Shown here piece after piece: positions 38,862 through 53,376 of a stretch of 64,000 nt of DNA. The stretch's first letter is position 1; every line of letters begins with the position of its first letter. Position numbers and translations under genes: made by a program. The stretch is from Antedon mediterranea (taxonomy: Eukaryota > Animalia > Echinodermata), in contig NC_092671.1 in the NCBI RefSeq assembly GCF_964355755.1, positions 27,044,070 through 27,108,069 of the forward strand, written 5' to 3'. The notes below the pieces were generated by a model that did not search any database, was not told the origin of the DNA, and worked only from the letters and a program-made list of their open reading frames with translations.

Positions 38862-39728
38862 ATGGCTGATTATAATATTAGTGATGATTGTTCTATTTCG
38901 GTTGATGCTCACTTACGTTTTAAATATGCAGCATCTATTGTTGCAATTGCTTTCAATCTACTAATCATTGTAATGATTTTAAAATTTAAAAACTTGCAAA
39001 ATATACCAAATATTTTCATTTTCAACCTGGCTGTACTGGACTGTATAAATGGTTTATTTTATTTTGGTAGCAACGTTTGGAGAACATTTTATTGTTTTAG
39101 CCCTTCATACACTTTTTGTGTGTTTTTTCACGGATGGGAATTTTGGAAGAGTTTAAACATTGCTTATGTTTTGGCTGTTTTAAGTGTTGATAGATATATC
39201 GCCATCGTGCATTGCATTTCGTCGAAGGCTTATCGTACAAAAAAAGCTGCAAAATATGTTTGTTTTATAACTTTAATAGTTTCAGGATTGGTTTCCATAC
39301 CAATATGGGTACATACACACATTCTGGAGTGGGAAGGCATTAATTATTGTCAAATAAGACAATTCAACGAATACTTTAAGTATTACATGTTTTCTCTGAA
39401 CTTTGCAATACCGTCAATTGCTATCATTCTCTTTTCTGTGTTGACTGTCTATTCCTTGGCTTCAAAACAAAGGATTGAACAAAACATTACAACAACAAGG
39501 CGGAGATCATTAAAGCGTGCGCTCATCGTTGCTATTTTGATTGTCATGGTCTATGTTACACTGTTTGCGCCATTTTACATTTCTGTAACTTTTACAGATC
39601 TTCAGTCAGATACTCACGCAGTGGTTGTTGGTTTGTTGTTTTCTAATAGTATATTACTTCCACTTTTGTACACATTTATTGGACAAAATTTTAGACAGAG
39701 TTTCTTACAAATGCTTGGATGGAAGTAA
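38862..39728 (+). CDS. Intronless class A GPCR, copy 2, 288 aa, short C-tail
   Basis: Paralog of copy 1 with an intact ORF. DRY kept, NPxxY changed to LPLLY, stop shortly after helix 8. Confidence 0.85.
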   Translation: MADYNISDDCSISVDAHLRFKYAASIVAIAFNLLIIVMILKFKNLQNIPNIFIFNLAVLDCINGLFYFGSNVWRTFYCFSPSYTFCVFFHGWEFWKSLNIAYVLAVLSVDRYIAIVHCISSKAYRTKKAAKYVCFITLIVSGLVSIPIWVHTHILEWEGINYCQIRQFNEYFKYYMFSLNFAIPSIAIILFSVLTVYSLASKQRIEQNITTTRRRSLKRALIVAILIVMVYVTLFAPFYISVTFTDLQSDTHAVVVGLLFSNSILLPLLYTFIGQNFRQSFLQMLGWK

Positions 39729-40937
39729 GGAAGAACACATGCTATTAGACCACTTAGAAATTGTTGCAAAAAAAAGTTGCACTTTTTTACACATTCATTG
39801 GACACAATTTTAGACACATTAAATATTATGCATTAAATACTATTTTTGCATAGCAATTAAAAGACATATAATTCTAAATAGAAACTTGATTTACAAAGTT
39901 TACATACCAGTACAAATGTGTAGTTCATAACACGTTACAAAAAGAAATTTTGACACGACCGGATGCATGGAGACTGCCCACATCATTGTTGTATATGGAC
40001 TTTCCAGGAACTTTTAAAATACATACCATTTAGATCTCAGAAGATGACAGATTAGTGTTGGTTTATCCAGGTACTGCCTGTAGCGGCACTCATACACCAT
40101 CAGCACCACTAAACTTTAATGTAAAGCTATGTATTGATCAATGATATTTGACAAATGATAATCGCAAACCTTATAAATTGGAAAAGAACAATAATCAAAA
40201 GAACAGCTAATGTAATAGGATTGATATCTGACATATGATCAAAGACTGCATCACATTCAATGTACATTACTACATCTTATAAAACTCATTTTATGCCAAA
40301 CATCACTTTTTTTTATAAACAACTTTCTATAATAAGTTGTTATGAAATTATAACTTTCTAAACAATTACATTTTAACAATTAGATTTTAGTAAATAGTAC
40401 ATAATCTTTTGCTTAATTGTAAAAAATCCTATAAAAGATCAAAAGGAAAAAGAAACTTGAATCGGTTAAACCCTGTTTCCACAGGTAGTTTGTCTATTAC
40501 TTTTTGGCTGTGAAAACACGCCATACAAAGAGATGGCATGATGTATATTATTTTGCCATGAGGTCAAATAGTAGTGTGGACGAAAGATGGAAAATAATGT
40601 TACAGCACACAGGGACTTTCAGTAGTTCTAATAATATAGATATTCTCTCATTTTCTTTGTACATAAACTAAACATCAGTTAATACTACATTTTTTTTCTC
40701 CAGTTGATTAAAAAATGTTTTTATCATGTTTTATTGAATTGAATTGTTTCTATTGCCTGGAAAGTGGTTATAGATTATGACATTATGTTTAATGTACTGC
40801 CAGTATGTAATTACACACTCATCATTAAAAGTAAACAGTACACCAAATATTGCATCCACTCCAGAAATGTTATGTAGTGTCAAGTTAATGTGCAGCTACA
40901 GTAAAATTAATCATTATACTACCTGTATAATAAAAAT

Positions 40938-41388
40938 CATCACATGACTATGAATTCTGAAGAGATTATTTATTAACAGCGTCCTGCATTGACTGTTATG
41001 ATAAGATCTACTTAGGCCTAGGTGGTTTAAATAATAACAGAAGAATTTCCATCAATATAAGCCTACATTAAAAATAATATTATCAAGTAGGCCGTATAAT
41101 ATAACAGGCTACTACCATGAGTATTGACCAATCACAAACGGTCTTTCATCACATCGATGAAGGGCGAATAACACATGAGGGCGCTATGTATGCATACATG
41201 TAGGTTAAATAGTTGATTAATTTCTTCAAGCAAGTTAGGTGGCGCAGCAGGTAAACGTTGTCTCGGGATGATGTGGACTAATCTTCGCAATGACAGGGAC
41301 ACGATAATCACACAAAAATTACTCGGTCAATATGATCGTACTCAAGGAAATATACGATTTACAATCCTTTCATCATAGTCATGTGATG
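40938..41388. mobile_element. Unclassified MITE-like element
   Basis: 16-bp perfect inverted repeat CATCACATGACTATGA ... TCATAGTCATGTGATG. No clear TSD. Confidence 0.5.
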
Positions 41389-42827
41389 CAATTTCAACCA
41401 ATCACGTTCACGTATTACATAGGCTATGTAATATAACAGATTATGACTGAAGTTGGACAGTTAGTATCAAGTTTACACTAGATTTGAACTCGTCACTATG
41501 GTCGAGTTAGGTTATCCGCCGCGAAAATGCCATGTGCCTGTCGTTGATGATATGATGTCACAACATCCGATGCGCAAAATTTGTACATAAATTCGTATCT
41601 ACAATTCAACAGCTTTTAGAAAATGTTTTAATCATGAGTATCACTTTTCATTCTGAGGAGCTATAACATATTGAAATTTACTGTAATGATGAAAAAAGTG
41701 ATCCACAGCATCAAAATATGGGGGAAAATGGTATACGGATATTAGTAGAGATACAGGTACAAATCCCAAAAATGGGACCGAAAATGTGTTGCTAACAAAA
41801 TAATAAACAATATACACAAATGATACAAAAAGACTTAAAAACACTTTTCATAGCACCCTAGGCTCACGCTAGCTATAAATATTGTTTCAACAAAGTTTAA
41901 ACAAGGTTTATTAAATAAATGTAGGCCTAGCTTTTTTAGGCACAAAAACAATCAAGATCGAAATAAACTATTTCTTTGTTATATGCTACATTATGCGAGT
42001 TATAATATTATTCCAGATGAAAAATATTGATTTTTATATGGTTTTATCCATACGTAATTACACTGGCATTAAAGATATAACTTTAAAAATGTAGACCGTT
42101 ATGAGCCATATTTCGCCGATTTCTTATCGCGGGGAAATTCCCCACCAGAGACATAAATCGATCGAGAAGTAGGCCTAGGCTTTTAAATTATTTAACAAGT
42201 TTGTAGTCGGATTTCAGTATTGTACAGTAAAACCAAAAAACACCACCTCACTACCTTGTGCGATGTACGATCTTTTGTTCTTGCTGTAGATTGGTAGTCC
42301 ATTAATTATGAGGGTGTTTCAAAATGTGATAACTATTAAAATCGTGTCTCAACCACTGTGTAATCAAAGCGTTTAGTTAAAACTTGGATTCCCTCCCCCC
42401 CCCCAAATTGATAATCGATTGAAATATTACCACACCTTGTAATATCATGATCAGTTAAAAAAAATATTGTTATTAATTTAATCTTGCATTAATTAGATTT
42501 TGAATAGAGATAAGTATTTCCTGTATTAAACAACAAATTTGAATATTCTTTTTTTTTTAAGAATTAAATCGTAAACCAATATTGAATAATTATTTTAAAA
42601 TATTCTAAGCAGTCTTTAAAAAAATTATTTTTTTTTGTCGTTTCTCATCAGTATTCTTTTTTTATTTTTTCTAATACTGGATTGTAGTTTGGCTGTATAT
42701 TTAAACTTTTTTTGCCTTAACTTTTAAATAGATTTGCATGAGCACTGGTAAACATCCTTGTTAAAAGCAATCCAGTTTTTCCATTTTGAAATAAAGTTAT
42801 TAAGAGCCATTGTCTGTAAAAATCAAA

Positions 42828-45416
42828 CGCCCGTATTCTTAAACCGGACTTTAGTCGTAGTTCGAGCTAAAACTAAAAAAATGACGTCATTTTAATTCAT
42901 AAACCGAACTTCAACTAAATCGCCGACTAATTCAGGCCAACCTCGACTAAATCGAGACGGATTTTGATCGATTTTTTTAGTCCTGGAGGGGGCAGACTAA
43001 ATGTGACCCGATCTCGCAAAACCCTCTCTTTGTCGGCAATTCAAAATTCACGTAATCAGTCAGAATAAGTCCAAATCGACTACCCTGGCAGATTACATGT
43101 TTTTGCATTTTCGAAATGTTTCACTATTTAAGAATACGTCTACCTGATTTAAACTCCCGAAATTTAATTAAAATTATGAAAAAAGAGAGTTTTAAAAACA
43201 TGTATTTTCCTCAAGCCTAACAAATTATTCACGATCTACGCTAAAATTTTGCGTAAATTCAGTTGAAAGTTGACGAGTTTGACGACATTTTGATCGCCAG
43301 TTCACTGCACAATGTTGAAAGGTCACACATCAAAATAAAGCTCATCCATTTGACATTCCAAATATGGAAGTTTTAGGGCGGAGTTTAAAGAAGGAACCAA
43401 TGAAAACTTTGATTTACTATGACATAATTTCAGAAAATTCGGTTCTTCGAAGTTTCTGGAACAGCGAACTGCGTGTGTTGCTATGGCGCATCATCGCAAT
43501 AACAAACGTTATTTGTCAACGCGCTAGATGTTATACGCTCTACGCGCGGAAATAAAAAGTTGTTTACATTTTTGTGAGGTTATTTTCATTTTACACACAG
43601 CATGTCGTAAATTGGAATAAAAACGATTTTGATATTCAAAGTAAAGTGTTCGGCGTGTTCTGCAATAGCTGTAGCCTGTATTTGTTTATACCATAGTAAA
43701 ATAGACAATTCACGTCATAAATTCAATTGTATTTTCTATATTTTTTTGGGCTAGGCCTTAATTTTATTATGGTTTTGTAGGCCTACTACTAGACTAGTAC
43801 TACTATTACTGGGCCTAGCTTATTGTCAATAAATAGTTTTCTTTATACATTTTATATCCAATCGGCTCTTAATTATTTATTTAATTTATTGTCCAGTCCT
43901 TTCATCTTAAATGTTTTTTAAACTCATTGGATTCAAGTCCAAACATTACAGCGAATCTTCCATGTTATAAAAAAAAAAAATGTATTAAATCGTCAATACA
44001 ATGTTAGTATCTAGCAAGCTGTGACTCTGCAAGGCGCCAAACTTGTCTAGGCTAGTTTACTACTAACGCCAGCCCCAATGTCGATGCACCGCTGCCATAC
44101 ACGGCCTGATAAACACCCATCAGTAGGTCTTAATACAGTACAGGCGATGACGGCGAAAATCTTAAAAGGCCTAGCTAGGCCTAGCCTAGGCCTGCTTAGT
44201 TTTTCGCTGTTGATATCGTAAACATCTCCGAAACCAGTTAAAATAAGCTTGACGTTATAATGCTGCTTTTCAATAGTGCAAAATAGTTAATTCGAGTGAC
44301 TAAATAGGTTAAAACGGCGTCTGAAATCAGTCAAATTGACTATGATGTGCACGCTGCTATTATATCGCACACACTTCCTGGTATGACGTCATTGTGCCTT
44401 AGACCAAAATACCGCGTTGTTACGGAGCGAGTTTTCAGCGCGTATCAAAAAGAATTTCATTGCAAACTTCAAACGCGATTTTCTCGTAAACTAATTGAAT
44501 GATTTGTAAGTTTTTAAAATGTAATAACTTTTTAAATATTTACTCAATTTTTATGAAATAAACACCACTACAAAGCTTATGATTCAAATAATCCAAATAT
44601 ATAAAAAAATACAAAATGAATATTTCCGACAAAAGTAGGGTTTTGCCAGATCGGGTCACAAATGGTCGACTAAATGGTTTTTAAACGATGTTTATAAAAA
44701 AACGTAACAGTCATTGAGTTGTTATATTGGCCAGATATTGAAGAATGAAATATCTATATTTATATTAGCTTAATTAAATATACATTGGTATAAATTATAA
44801 TAATGAAAATCATCTTTATTTACAACTGTATACAAATTACATTATTTTCTTCGCGCAAGTCCGACTTGAGCTACGTCACGCCATAGCGACAATGCGAGAT
44901 GCGGCAATTCACCACGCGATGGAATGTTTAGGGGGCCTAGCGCTTTCTTGTCACGCTATGAAGTGCGTGGTTCGTGGCGATTATACTTTGTTGGGGGCCT
45001 AGAAAATATAAAAGTTACCGTACCGCCATAGTTCCTAAATATATTTTTAAGATTTTATTTGTTGTTAATCAAATATACTTCACTGTTAAATTAATACTGA
45101 TATTGTTCTAATAATTAACGATTAAAATTATTTTTCATGTATATAGTCCTGATGCGTAAAAAGTGTTGTAAGAAATGGAAAGTGATATCAATGCGCAAAA
45201 TTTCGTCTGCTCCTCAAATACTCTCTTGTCATTGGCCAATGTATAGCCTTTGTTACCCAGACGTGTGCAACTCGACTAAAAGCTCGACTTCATTAAGTCG
45301 AACTGCAAACTTCGACTACTTCGTTTTTGAATCGAATGTGAAGTAATAGCTCGAACTACGACTTTTCCAAGTCGAACTTCGAACTACAACTAAAGTCCGG
45401 TTTAAGAATACGGGCG
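42828..45416. mobile_element. Non-autonomous TIR element with 3-bp TSD (Harbinger-like) inserted in the Sola3 left TIR
   Basis: AAA|CGCCCGTATTCTTAAACCGGACTTTAGT ... ACTAAAGTCCGGTTTAAGAATACGGGCG|AAA. Confidence 0.8.
43002..44660. mobile_element. Unclassified TIR element with TGTGAC termini, innermost of the nest
   Basis: TGTGACCCGATCTCGCAAAACCCT ... AGGGTTTTGCCAGATCGGGTCACA, flanked by AA on both sides. Confidence 0.75.
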
Positions 45417-48400
45417 AAAGATTTGGTGGCAGATGTAAAAAAATGGATTTCTCTCAAATTTTTACCATGAAAATAGACATTTCAATAAAAAGCATATCTA
45501 CAACATTCATTTTAATTTTTAGCCTCCGTTGCCATGACAACGGTCAATTATCCAAATGTTGATGTTTTTGCCATTTTTCACAGATTTTCTATAGTGAAAA
45601 AGTACAACCAAAAATACTTACAGTATACAGTTTTTGTTTATTGCAGTGTAAACAACAAGTATTGAGTTCCATTTTATGTAGAAAAAAAAAATTTACAAAA
45701 TGGAGTTTGGTTGATACCATTATTTTAAAAAGGGGTGTTTAAAAATTTTTTTTTTTTTTATAAAAGTATACCTCATAAACGTACCTATAACTTCCAAAGT
45801 GGTGTTTTTATATAAATGAGGTTTTGTAATTTGATAGTCAGTAGGTTTTTCAACAATAATCATGAAAAAAAAACTGGGGTAAATTTTGTACATAGGTTTT
45901 GTGTTGCCAGGAAAATACGGAAAATACAAAAAAATACAAACAAAACATTAAGAAATAAAACAAATGAAACAAAATTTAAATATGGCTAATCCAATAATAA
46001 AATGTATATGTGGCTTGTCATAATGCTACTAGAGTCATACGAATAGTTAAGATAAAATACGAGAATGTGTTGCCAGGTTTATTTCAATTAATTGCCAGAA
46101 AAACAGTATTTTAGTTGATGGAAAATAATGTTAAACTTTGAAATAATTGCGTCGAGGTTTTTATAAATTTTTTCATCTATTTTGTGTAGAGAGATACAGA
46201 AAGACGTCCCAAAAAAATCTGACCTTTTAAATAGGTCATTTGAGGTCAAAAGGGTCAGAATGCAAAACAGGTACAGGTCTCCACTTTACTACAACTATTA
46301 CCGTAATGTTTTATCAAAATTTACAATATAGTTCATAAGAATTCTCAACAATTTTCATTTTTTTCCTATAGTGTTACCTTAGCAACCATTTCTATGTGTA
46401 ACTAAGGAAAGTAATTTAAAAAAACGAAAACAAATTGGCGTATAAATACAAAGAATTTATTGCATTTGTAATTTTTTACCTATAGTGTATTGTTTCTATA
46501 CGTAACTAAGTACAATATTTTTAATACGGGGTTTCATGACTACAAAAAATTGATTACATTTTCCCAAATTTACTTATCTACTGAATCCCAGGAAATGTCT
46601 GATCTTGTGAAAGGGTCATTTGTTGGGTCAAATTATGTCAAAATGTATTATTTATGTTATCTTAGAATGTGTTTCTATGCGTAACTACGGATAATTGTTT
46701 TTTAAAAATACAGTTGAACCTCCCGTAAGTGGCCACCCTCGGAACCTGGAAAAGTGGCCGCTTATGGGCGGTGACCCCTTACAGAAGATTCTGCCGATTA
46801 AGGGCCAAAATCACGTATTATGGCTATGCACGATATTCTTAACGCAATGAGCCTCTCAATTTTCCAGCTAATTGTATTATCATTTATAATCAGGTGGTTT
46901 AGTATTTTTTAGCATTTTCAGACAAATTTTAAAAGCTTTTATCATAGGAAAAATGGTCGGTCAAAATCTAAATAATATCTCAATATTAGTTACCATAGTA
47001 ACTGTTGCTATGCACAACTAAGGGAAATTAAATAATTATCAGATAATTATTAATTAATAATTACTACTGAATCCAACCATCACAGTAAAAAAAATATAGA
47101 ATTTAAAACCAATATTTAGTATAAAGTGCGATATTTTACATGCTGACCTTAAATGAAATTAAATTTCACATAATGGCTTCAATATTTGTTATGTAGCATT
47201 AACATACGCCTGAGTATATCATTGACTTTTGATTGGTTCAATTTTGGGAAGGGGAAAGTGGTGGATCCAAGAGTTTGAAATAGTTAAGGGTTGGAGGCGA
47301 GGGTCTAAAAACTTGGGGTGGAAGGAGGGAGGTGTAGGATGGAGGAGTTTGAATCTGTCTATTGGTTGGGGCAATGGTAGCGGCAGTGTGGGTGGTGCTT
47401 GTCTGCATGAATTTGACACTCTATAGTAGATGATCGACCAAAGTGTTGTACTTTATCTTTTTTTGGTTATTGTCGGGGTGGGGGGAGGGGGGGGGGTATG
47501 GGAGTCGGAAGTGGTAGTGGATGGGCATGTGGGATCTGCTTAGGTTAGCAAATAGAAGAAGTAAAAAAATGAACGAGGAGCTTCAAAATAAGAGAGGAGT
47601 AATCTGTTGCAGAGATTAAAATTCACAACAAATTTGCAGAGGATATAACCTATAAAATGACATTAAAACTTGGAATTACACAATCTATAATTAAAAATAT
47701 TGGTTTTTTTTCAACAACTAGAACTATATAAAACATTAAGAATTGTTCTGGCCAATGAGTTTCAAATCAGATAATCAAAGAAAATAAAATGTTTTTACTA
47801 ATATACCATGTTTTTTTTTTATAAAAATGCCTATGTTTCTTGCAACACTGCTTGTAGATTTTTAAATTACCCCAGTATTTTATTTTAGAAATCACTTATT
47901 AAACATTAGAACTACCTATTTGTAATAAATCAGCTAAAAAATAGCGTTATGGTGAAGTAAAGTTTAGCTGTATTTAACAATTTAAAACAACTGAAAAACA
48001 CCCCTTTTTAAATAAATGGTATCTCCCAAAGTATAAAATCAAAAATATAAAAACAAATTTGAAACAGGTACACAATACATTGTTATTATGCATACACTAA
48101 TTATTTTTTATAATTAAATTAACAAACAAAAATATCGTTCATCAAAGTAGTACCAATATCCATTTTAAAAAACCTTAAAAAAGGACAAAATTTGTCAAAA
48201 ACACAAAATTGGCCATTGCCATGGAAATATATGTGTGAAATAAAAACATATTTGATTTCTCTCAACACATATATAACCATGTGCAAAATTTGAAAGAAAT
48301 CCATTTTTTTGAGTCTGCCACTATTTTTGATATTTCTTTGATTCTTACAGACAATGGCTCTTAATATTTAATATGAAGATGAATTAATCTGTTTTGGAAA

Positions 48401-48879
48401 ATTATGTTTACATAAATGCATAATTTTATTAAGCATTATATCACATGTTTTGTTTAAGGCACCGGGACAAGAATACTCATTTTTTTTCATAATACTAGTT
48501 GTTTTTGAAAGAGTGTGCAGAAGAGAAGTTGTAGTACATACAAATAATGTAGGCCACTATGTATTTTCGTGTCATTTTTTTGTTAAAAGCAAAATTCCAG
48601 CTGATTTAGTTTCTTTAGGATGTAAAATAATGAAAAAAATATGTTGCCAATTTTTTTAAAAAGCTTAAGGGTGTCAAATCCAAGATGGCCGCCTATACTT
48701 AAAATATCCAATAAATGTACCATATTGGACAAAGTAACACCCATATTTCAAAATACGGCTGCATCATAAGTTATTATTAAAGATTGACTTATAAGGTGGT
48801 TAACTATTAGAAGGGGGGTTACTATTAGAGTGTGGGTTACTATTAGAAGATTTACGGTATGACAACAACATGGTGATTA

Positions 48880-50900
48880 ACACAAAATGTTGACCATCAG
48901 GAGGTCTACAGTATTGACAGTATGCTTCTTCATATTAAAACATCTCATAAACTTCTTCTGTTAAACTCTGCCAAAGTCCTTCAATGAAATATTTCTAATC
49001 TTGAATGTAAGATGACCTTCCTTCGTTCTCTACTATTGTGTCCATCAAACTTCCACAGACTGATCTGCGATCCCAACAAGCTTGTTCAGAAAAAAATCTC
49101 ATTTCACCGCCAAATACTCCTACTTATACAGTAATGTACCGGCTGACTATGTGATACTACAAAGAAGCTCTATAGGAGTCCTCTTTTACTTTGATAAGTT
49201 TGTCACCTGTATTCTTCATTAATCGGGATATCATCTCTCTTTAAATGTTGGCTTTCAAACTCATCAACTAGATTTGCCAGCTCTGACGAAATCATTAATT
49301 TGTGTTATCCTGATGATTCCACACTTAATGACCTTGATCAATTGATGTAAATCCAGCAAGTACCACACATACATGTCCTCTCATAAATTCCAATATCTGT
49401 GTAATTTGTTTCAGGGTATGTTCAGACTTACGGAGTTATGCTTTCGTATCACAGCCAAGGTCATATTTTAATGAACGTAGTCGTAAGAACAAAGTGTTCA
49501 GATTCATTGCAACGAAGTTGCGTTACAAACGGATATGATGTCACTCGCTGGCGATTAACCAAACTCTAACGCACGTATAGACCTACCTTCGTTGTTATTA
49601 AAAGTAGTAGTGGTTGGGGTAGGAGTTACAGGCCTAGGCCTAGACCGAACACTTGGGCTCGGCATTATCGATGGGTTGTCAGGCATACCAACCAGCCGAT
49701 CGTTTTGGGGTTTGGGTTTATATTTGGTCTAGGCCTAAAATATCATTTATGGCAGAAAAATGTTCAAATCCCGTACTTGCACCGGCTCCAGACTTATTTA
49801 CTCGGTCTTTCGCCGCTTTATACGACGACCCCTTCAATTTCGTTTGGATATAATTTAAATCCTTCTTTATTATGAGGATGGCCCATCTGCTAACGTGTCC
49901 GCCATCTCGTTGAACACAGACATCTTGTTTCCGGTGCTTTTACGCCAGTTTTTCACTTCCAACCGATCTCTAAACTCAGGGCTTCCCCACAATGAAATAA
50001 GGTATTTTACTTTGGTTTCTCGCCAATGCGCACGCTTCGATGACATTTTAAATTAATTAATATAATAATATTAATAATAATAATACTGTATAGTGTAACA
50101 ACAAACAAAAGGTATGATTTTTTCGCACGTTCACCGATCACAACAAATGGATCAGCTTGGCTATACGATGAGGAGCACATGTCACGATGTGATGTGGCGA
50201 ATATTGTAATTTGATTGTCTAGATATCTAACCTAGGTCATATTCATCGATGCGTGACTTTCGTATTGTAAGCGACGTCCACTAAACTCATACCTTGAGCT
50301 TTCGTAGCGTACGAAATATCAGTGTCGTACGAGGTGGCTTCCACTAATCTTTTCCTGGTTCAGACCTATGGACTTGTACGCCGCGTACAATACGAAAACA
50401 TAACTCCGTAAGTCTGAACAGGCCCTCAGTAATCTGTTGATTGATACAGCAGAAGTAACCAGCCGTAGTTTAGGTGGTCACAGGCAAAGAAATAATTGAT
50501 AAAAGCATGTTTTCTTTTCATGTGTTCCATTTAGATTTCGTCGACTCTCTGTATTCAAGTTAATATCTTTAGGATCAGCGTCTTTCAAACAAAATGATAC
50601 GTCACTTAGAATCTCTTCTCTGTCTGCATTTCTAGAAAAATGTCAGAAGTTGTAGAGAGAAAGCAGAATTAGTGTGCTTCTTTCCTTTAGAGATGTTTTC
50701 CATTTAAGATATTTGTGTCACTGGTTGTATTTAGTAATACAAGTTCAGTTTCAACAAAAGCACTGGCCTTAACACTATTTTCACAATGATACATGTCCAA
50801 AAGTCATATACTTTACCGGGTCGAAATAAGAATTGCTTCTTGATGTCATCTCTGGCCACCTCCACTCATCTTGGTCATCAAGTCATTATCTTGTCTTTCC
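48880..50900 (-). pseudogene. Heavily decayed Academ-like transposase remnant, split by a MITE
   Basis: Minus-strand pieces across frameshifts read YFFACDHLNYG, FTSIDQ, GIIRITQ, SELANLVDEFE in the order expected for this transposase family. Boundaries approximate. Confidence 0.45.
49414..50425. mobile_element. PIF/Harbinger-like MITE
   Basis: TCA|GGGTATGTTCAGACTTACGGAGTTATG ... CATAACTCCGTAAGTCTGAACAGGCCC|TCA. Confidence 0.8.
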
Positions 50901-52075
50901 CTAGTACATAGTTTTTATACCACAATCATGTCATTAAACCAGTGTTAAAAATTGTTGTGTAAATATTGACTGTCCGGATCGATCATCATTAAATGTAATT
51001 ATTCTGATTCTCAAGCTTAATTGGAAACTGAGAATATTCGGATTAGTCCCTCCATGGACCGACGACAGCCAACCTTACTGTTAGTTATTCTCAATTTTGA
51101 TGAATAACACCACTCAATGTAATTCAACGTCAACTGGAAAACAGACAATGACGCCACTGTTTTTTATGTAATATAAATACTGATGACAAACATTTATATT
51201 ACTAATGAATTACATTAAAAACTTGCACATAAATATTAATAATGCCCTTGAACCATTTACAAAAGTGGTACGCTAAACCACTATTAGGGGACACCTAGGA
51301 CTTTAGTCATAATTTATGTACAAATGTAGGATAAATTCCAGAAAATGTTGATGATTGCATCATAACTTTTTCCAGTTAATATTAATATTGTCGCACTAAT
51401 TTTTTATTACACCAAATGAATGTCAAATTGATTTTTAAAAATTTATTTCATATATCACGGTAAACAAACAAAAAGAATGACGCAGCGGTACACACACAAA
51501 ATGACGACATTCAAAGAGTAGAACAAACAAAATTTCTCGGTGTCTTCATTGATGAGCAGTTAACTTGAAAATACCATCAACGAATTGGTGACTAAAATAT
51601 CTAAAAGTATAGGAGTAATCAACAGAATTAAATGTTTAGTTACTGTAAATATTCTCCGTACCTTATATAATTCTCTTGTTCTTCCTTATTTTTCATATTG
51701 TAATGTGGTCTGGGGTAATACTTTTCAATCAAATCTTACTAAATTAACATTGCTCCAAAAAAGAATCATACGTATAATTTCAAAATCTTCTTTTACAGAT
51801 ACGGGTCCTCTATTTAAGGAACTTAATATAATGACACTTAAAGATTTAAATACTTATCAGCAATATATTTTTGTTCATAACTGTATTAATCATAATTATC
51901 CTCATAGATTTTACGATATGTTTAAATTTAATGTTACTTTCTATAACTACGACACTAGGTCATCCTCTTATATTCATCTCCCAAAACACAGGACTACTAT
52001 ATTTCACCAAAGTATTAGATACTCTGGTGTAAAACTTAGGAATGTTTTGCCTCATTTGTTACAAAACATACATAA

Positions 52076-53317
52076 GGCCAAATAAAAAAATATACTTGTT
52101 AAGCGTCACACCCTCATAAATTTTCAGGGGCGGGGGGACGGTTTTTTTTTTTTTTTTACTTTTTATGGAGGTATATTTTTGCGCGGTGGACGTTTTGGCC
52201 CACTTTTTTTAGGACGAAACGTCAAACTTTTAAAATGCGAAACAGAACAAAATTGACTATGTTGTATGAAATATTATTGCCTATGACAAAATTGATTTTT
52301 GTATTGTTTATATCCAGACGTAATTAAAACATTAAATTTAATTGCCACCAAGCGAAATTGTAGGCCCTAGGCTAACTAATCCGTCCAAGCTGCTACCCCC
52401 GCCTCACTCATCGGCCATCCGCCGTCTCTCGCTCGACTCATCTATCCAGGAAATTCCCTATCGCGAAATTATTTGGTCTCAATAATACTAAATAGTGGGC
52501 TGATTTATAGTTTGAAAACAGCTTACGGCATTTCTTAAGTGAATTTTTATTTAACGTATTCATTCTTCTTTGATGAATCCTTTGCCAATTGCTGTGTAAA
52601 TCAGTATTTAAAGTTGTGATGCAAAAAGTGTATGTAATTATTCCACAGGTAAGGAAACCCATCACCCAACAGGACCTCTCGTGGTGTGCCGATCTCGAGC
52701 GCGAGATCATCGTAAACAAAATTGGTAGAGTCCATTATGTATGGGGTGTTTCCTATTTACGAACCTATAAAAAAACGCGCTTCGACCACTGTGTAGGCAA
52801 AATATTTATTTCGTTAAATCCCTAAATTGATAATCGCGTATTCTGTAATCACGTGACTTATGATGTAATCCTCAGCGACGTACTAAATGTACATGATTTA
52901 ATGTGTTGGGGAAAAAGCCTGCAGTTTACCACATTACATGATTCACGGTGCTATTCGCGTTTCCTTGACGTAAATCGGCGGCGTGTAAATGAAACAATTG
53001 TTTTCACCAAATTGCCGTTGTCGACATAGAGCGATCGGCGGCTAGCGTTGACTAAGCTAAAAAGTACGTATTTTTCAAAAATTACACTAGCCTAACAAAC
53101 ATTTGCTAGTTTTGAAATTTTCAACTAGCAATTATGAAGAATCTACTAGCAAAATGCTAGTTTGCTAGCGTGAATTTCGAGCCCTACTCTGGAGCTGGGC
53201 CGAGCCGCTGAACTTTCCGTTGTATATGGGTTAAAAAAAAAAATAAATAAAAAGAGAGGCGGCTGGATAATCAGGAGCGGGCGGTGACGCTTAACAAGTA
53301 TGTTTTTTTATTTGGCC
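52076..53317. mobile_element. Non-autonomous Zator-like DNA transposon
   Basis: TAA|GGCCAAATAAAAAAATATACTTGTTAAGCGTCAC ... GTGACGCTTAACAAGTATGTTTTTTTATTTGGCC|TAA. Confidence 0.8.
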
Positions 53318-53376
53318 TAATGTAAATAATTAAAAAAACTGCAAAATATTATTTATTATCAAACAATACTTAGCTG

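Larger units (their letters stand above)
42804..48360. mobile_element. Non-autonomous Sola3-like DNA transposon carrying nested insertions
   Basis: TTAA|GAGCCATTGTCTGTAA ... TTACAGACAATGGCTC|TTAA. The long imperfect TIR resumes at 45417 after the insertion. Confidence 0.75.
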
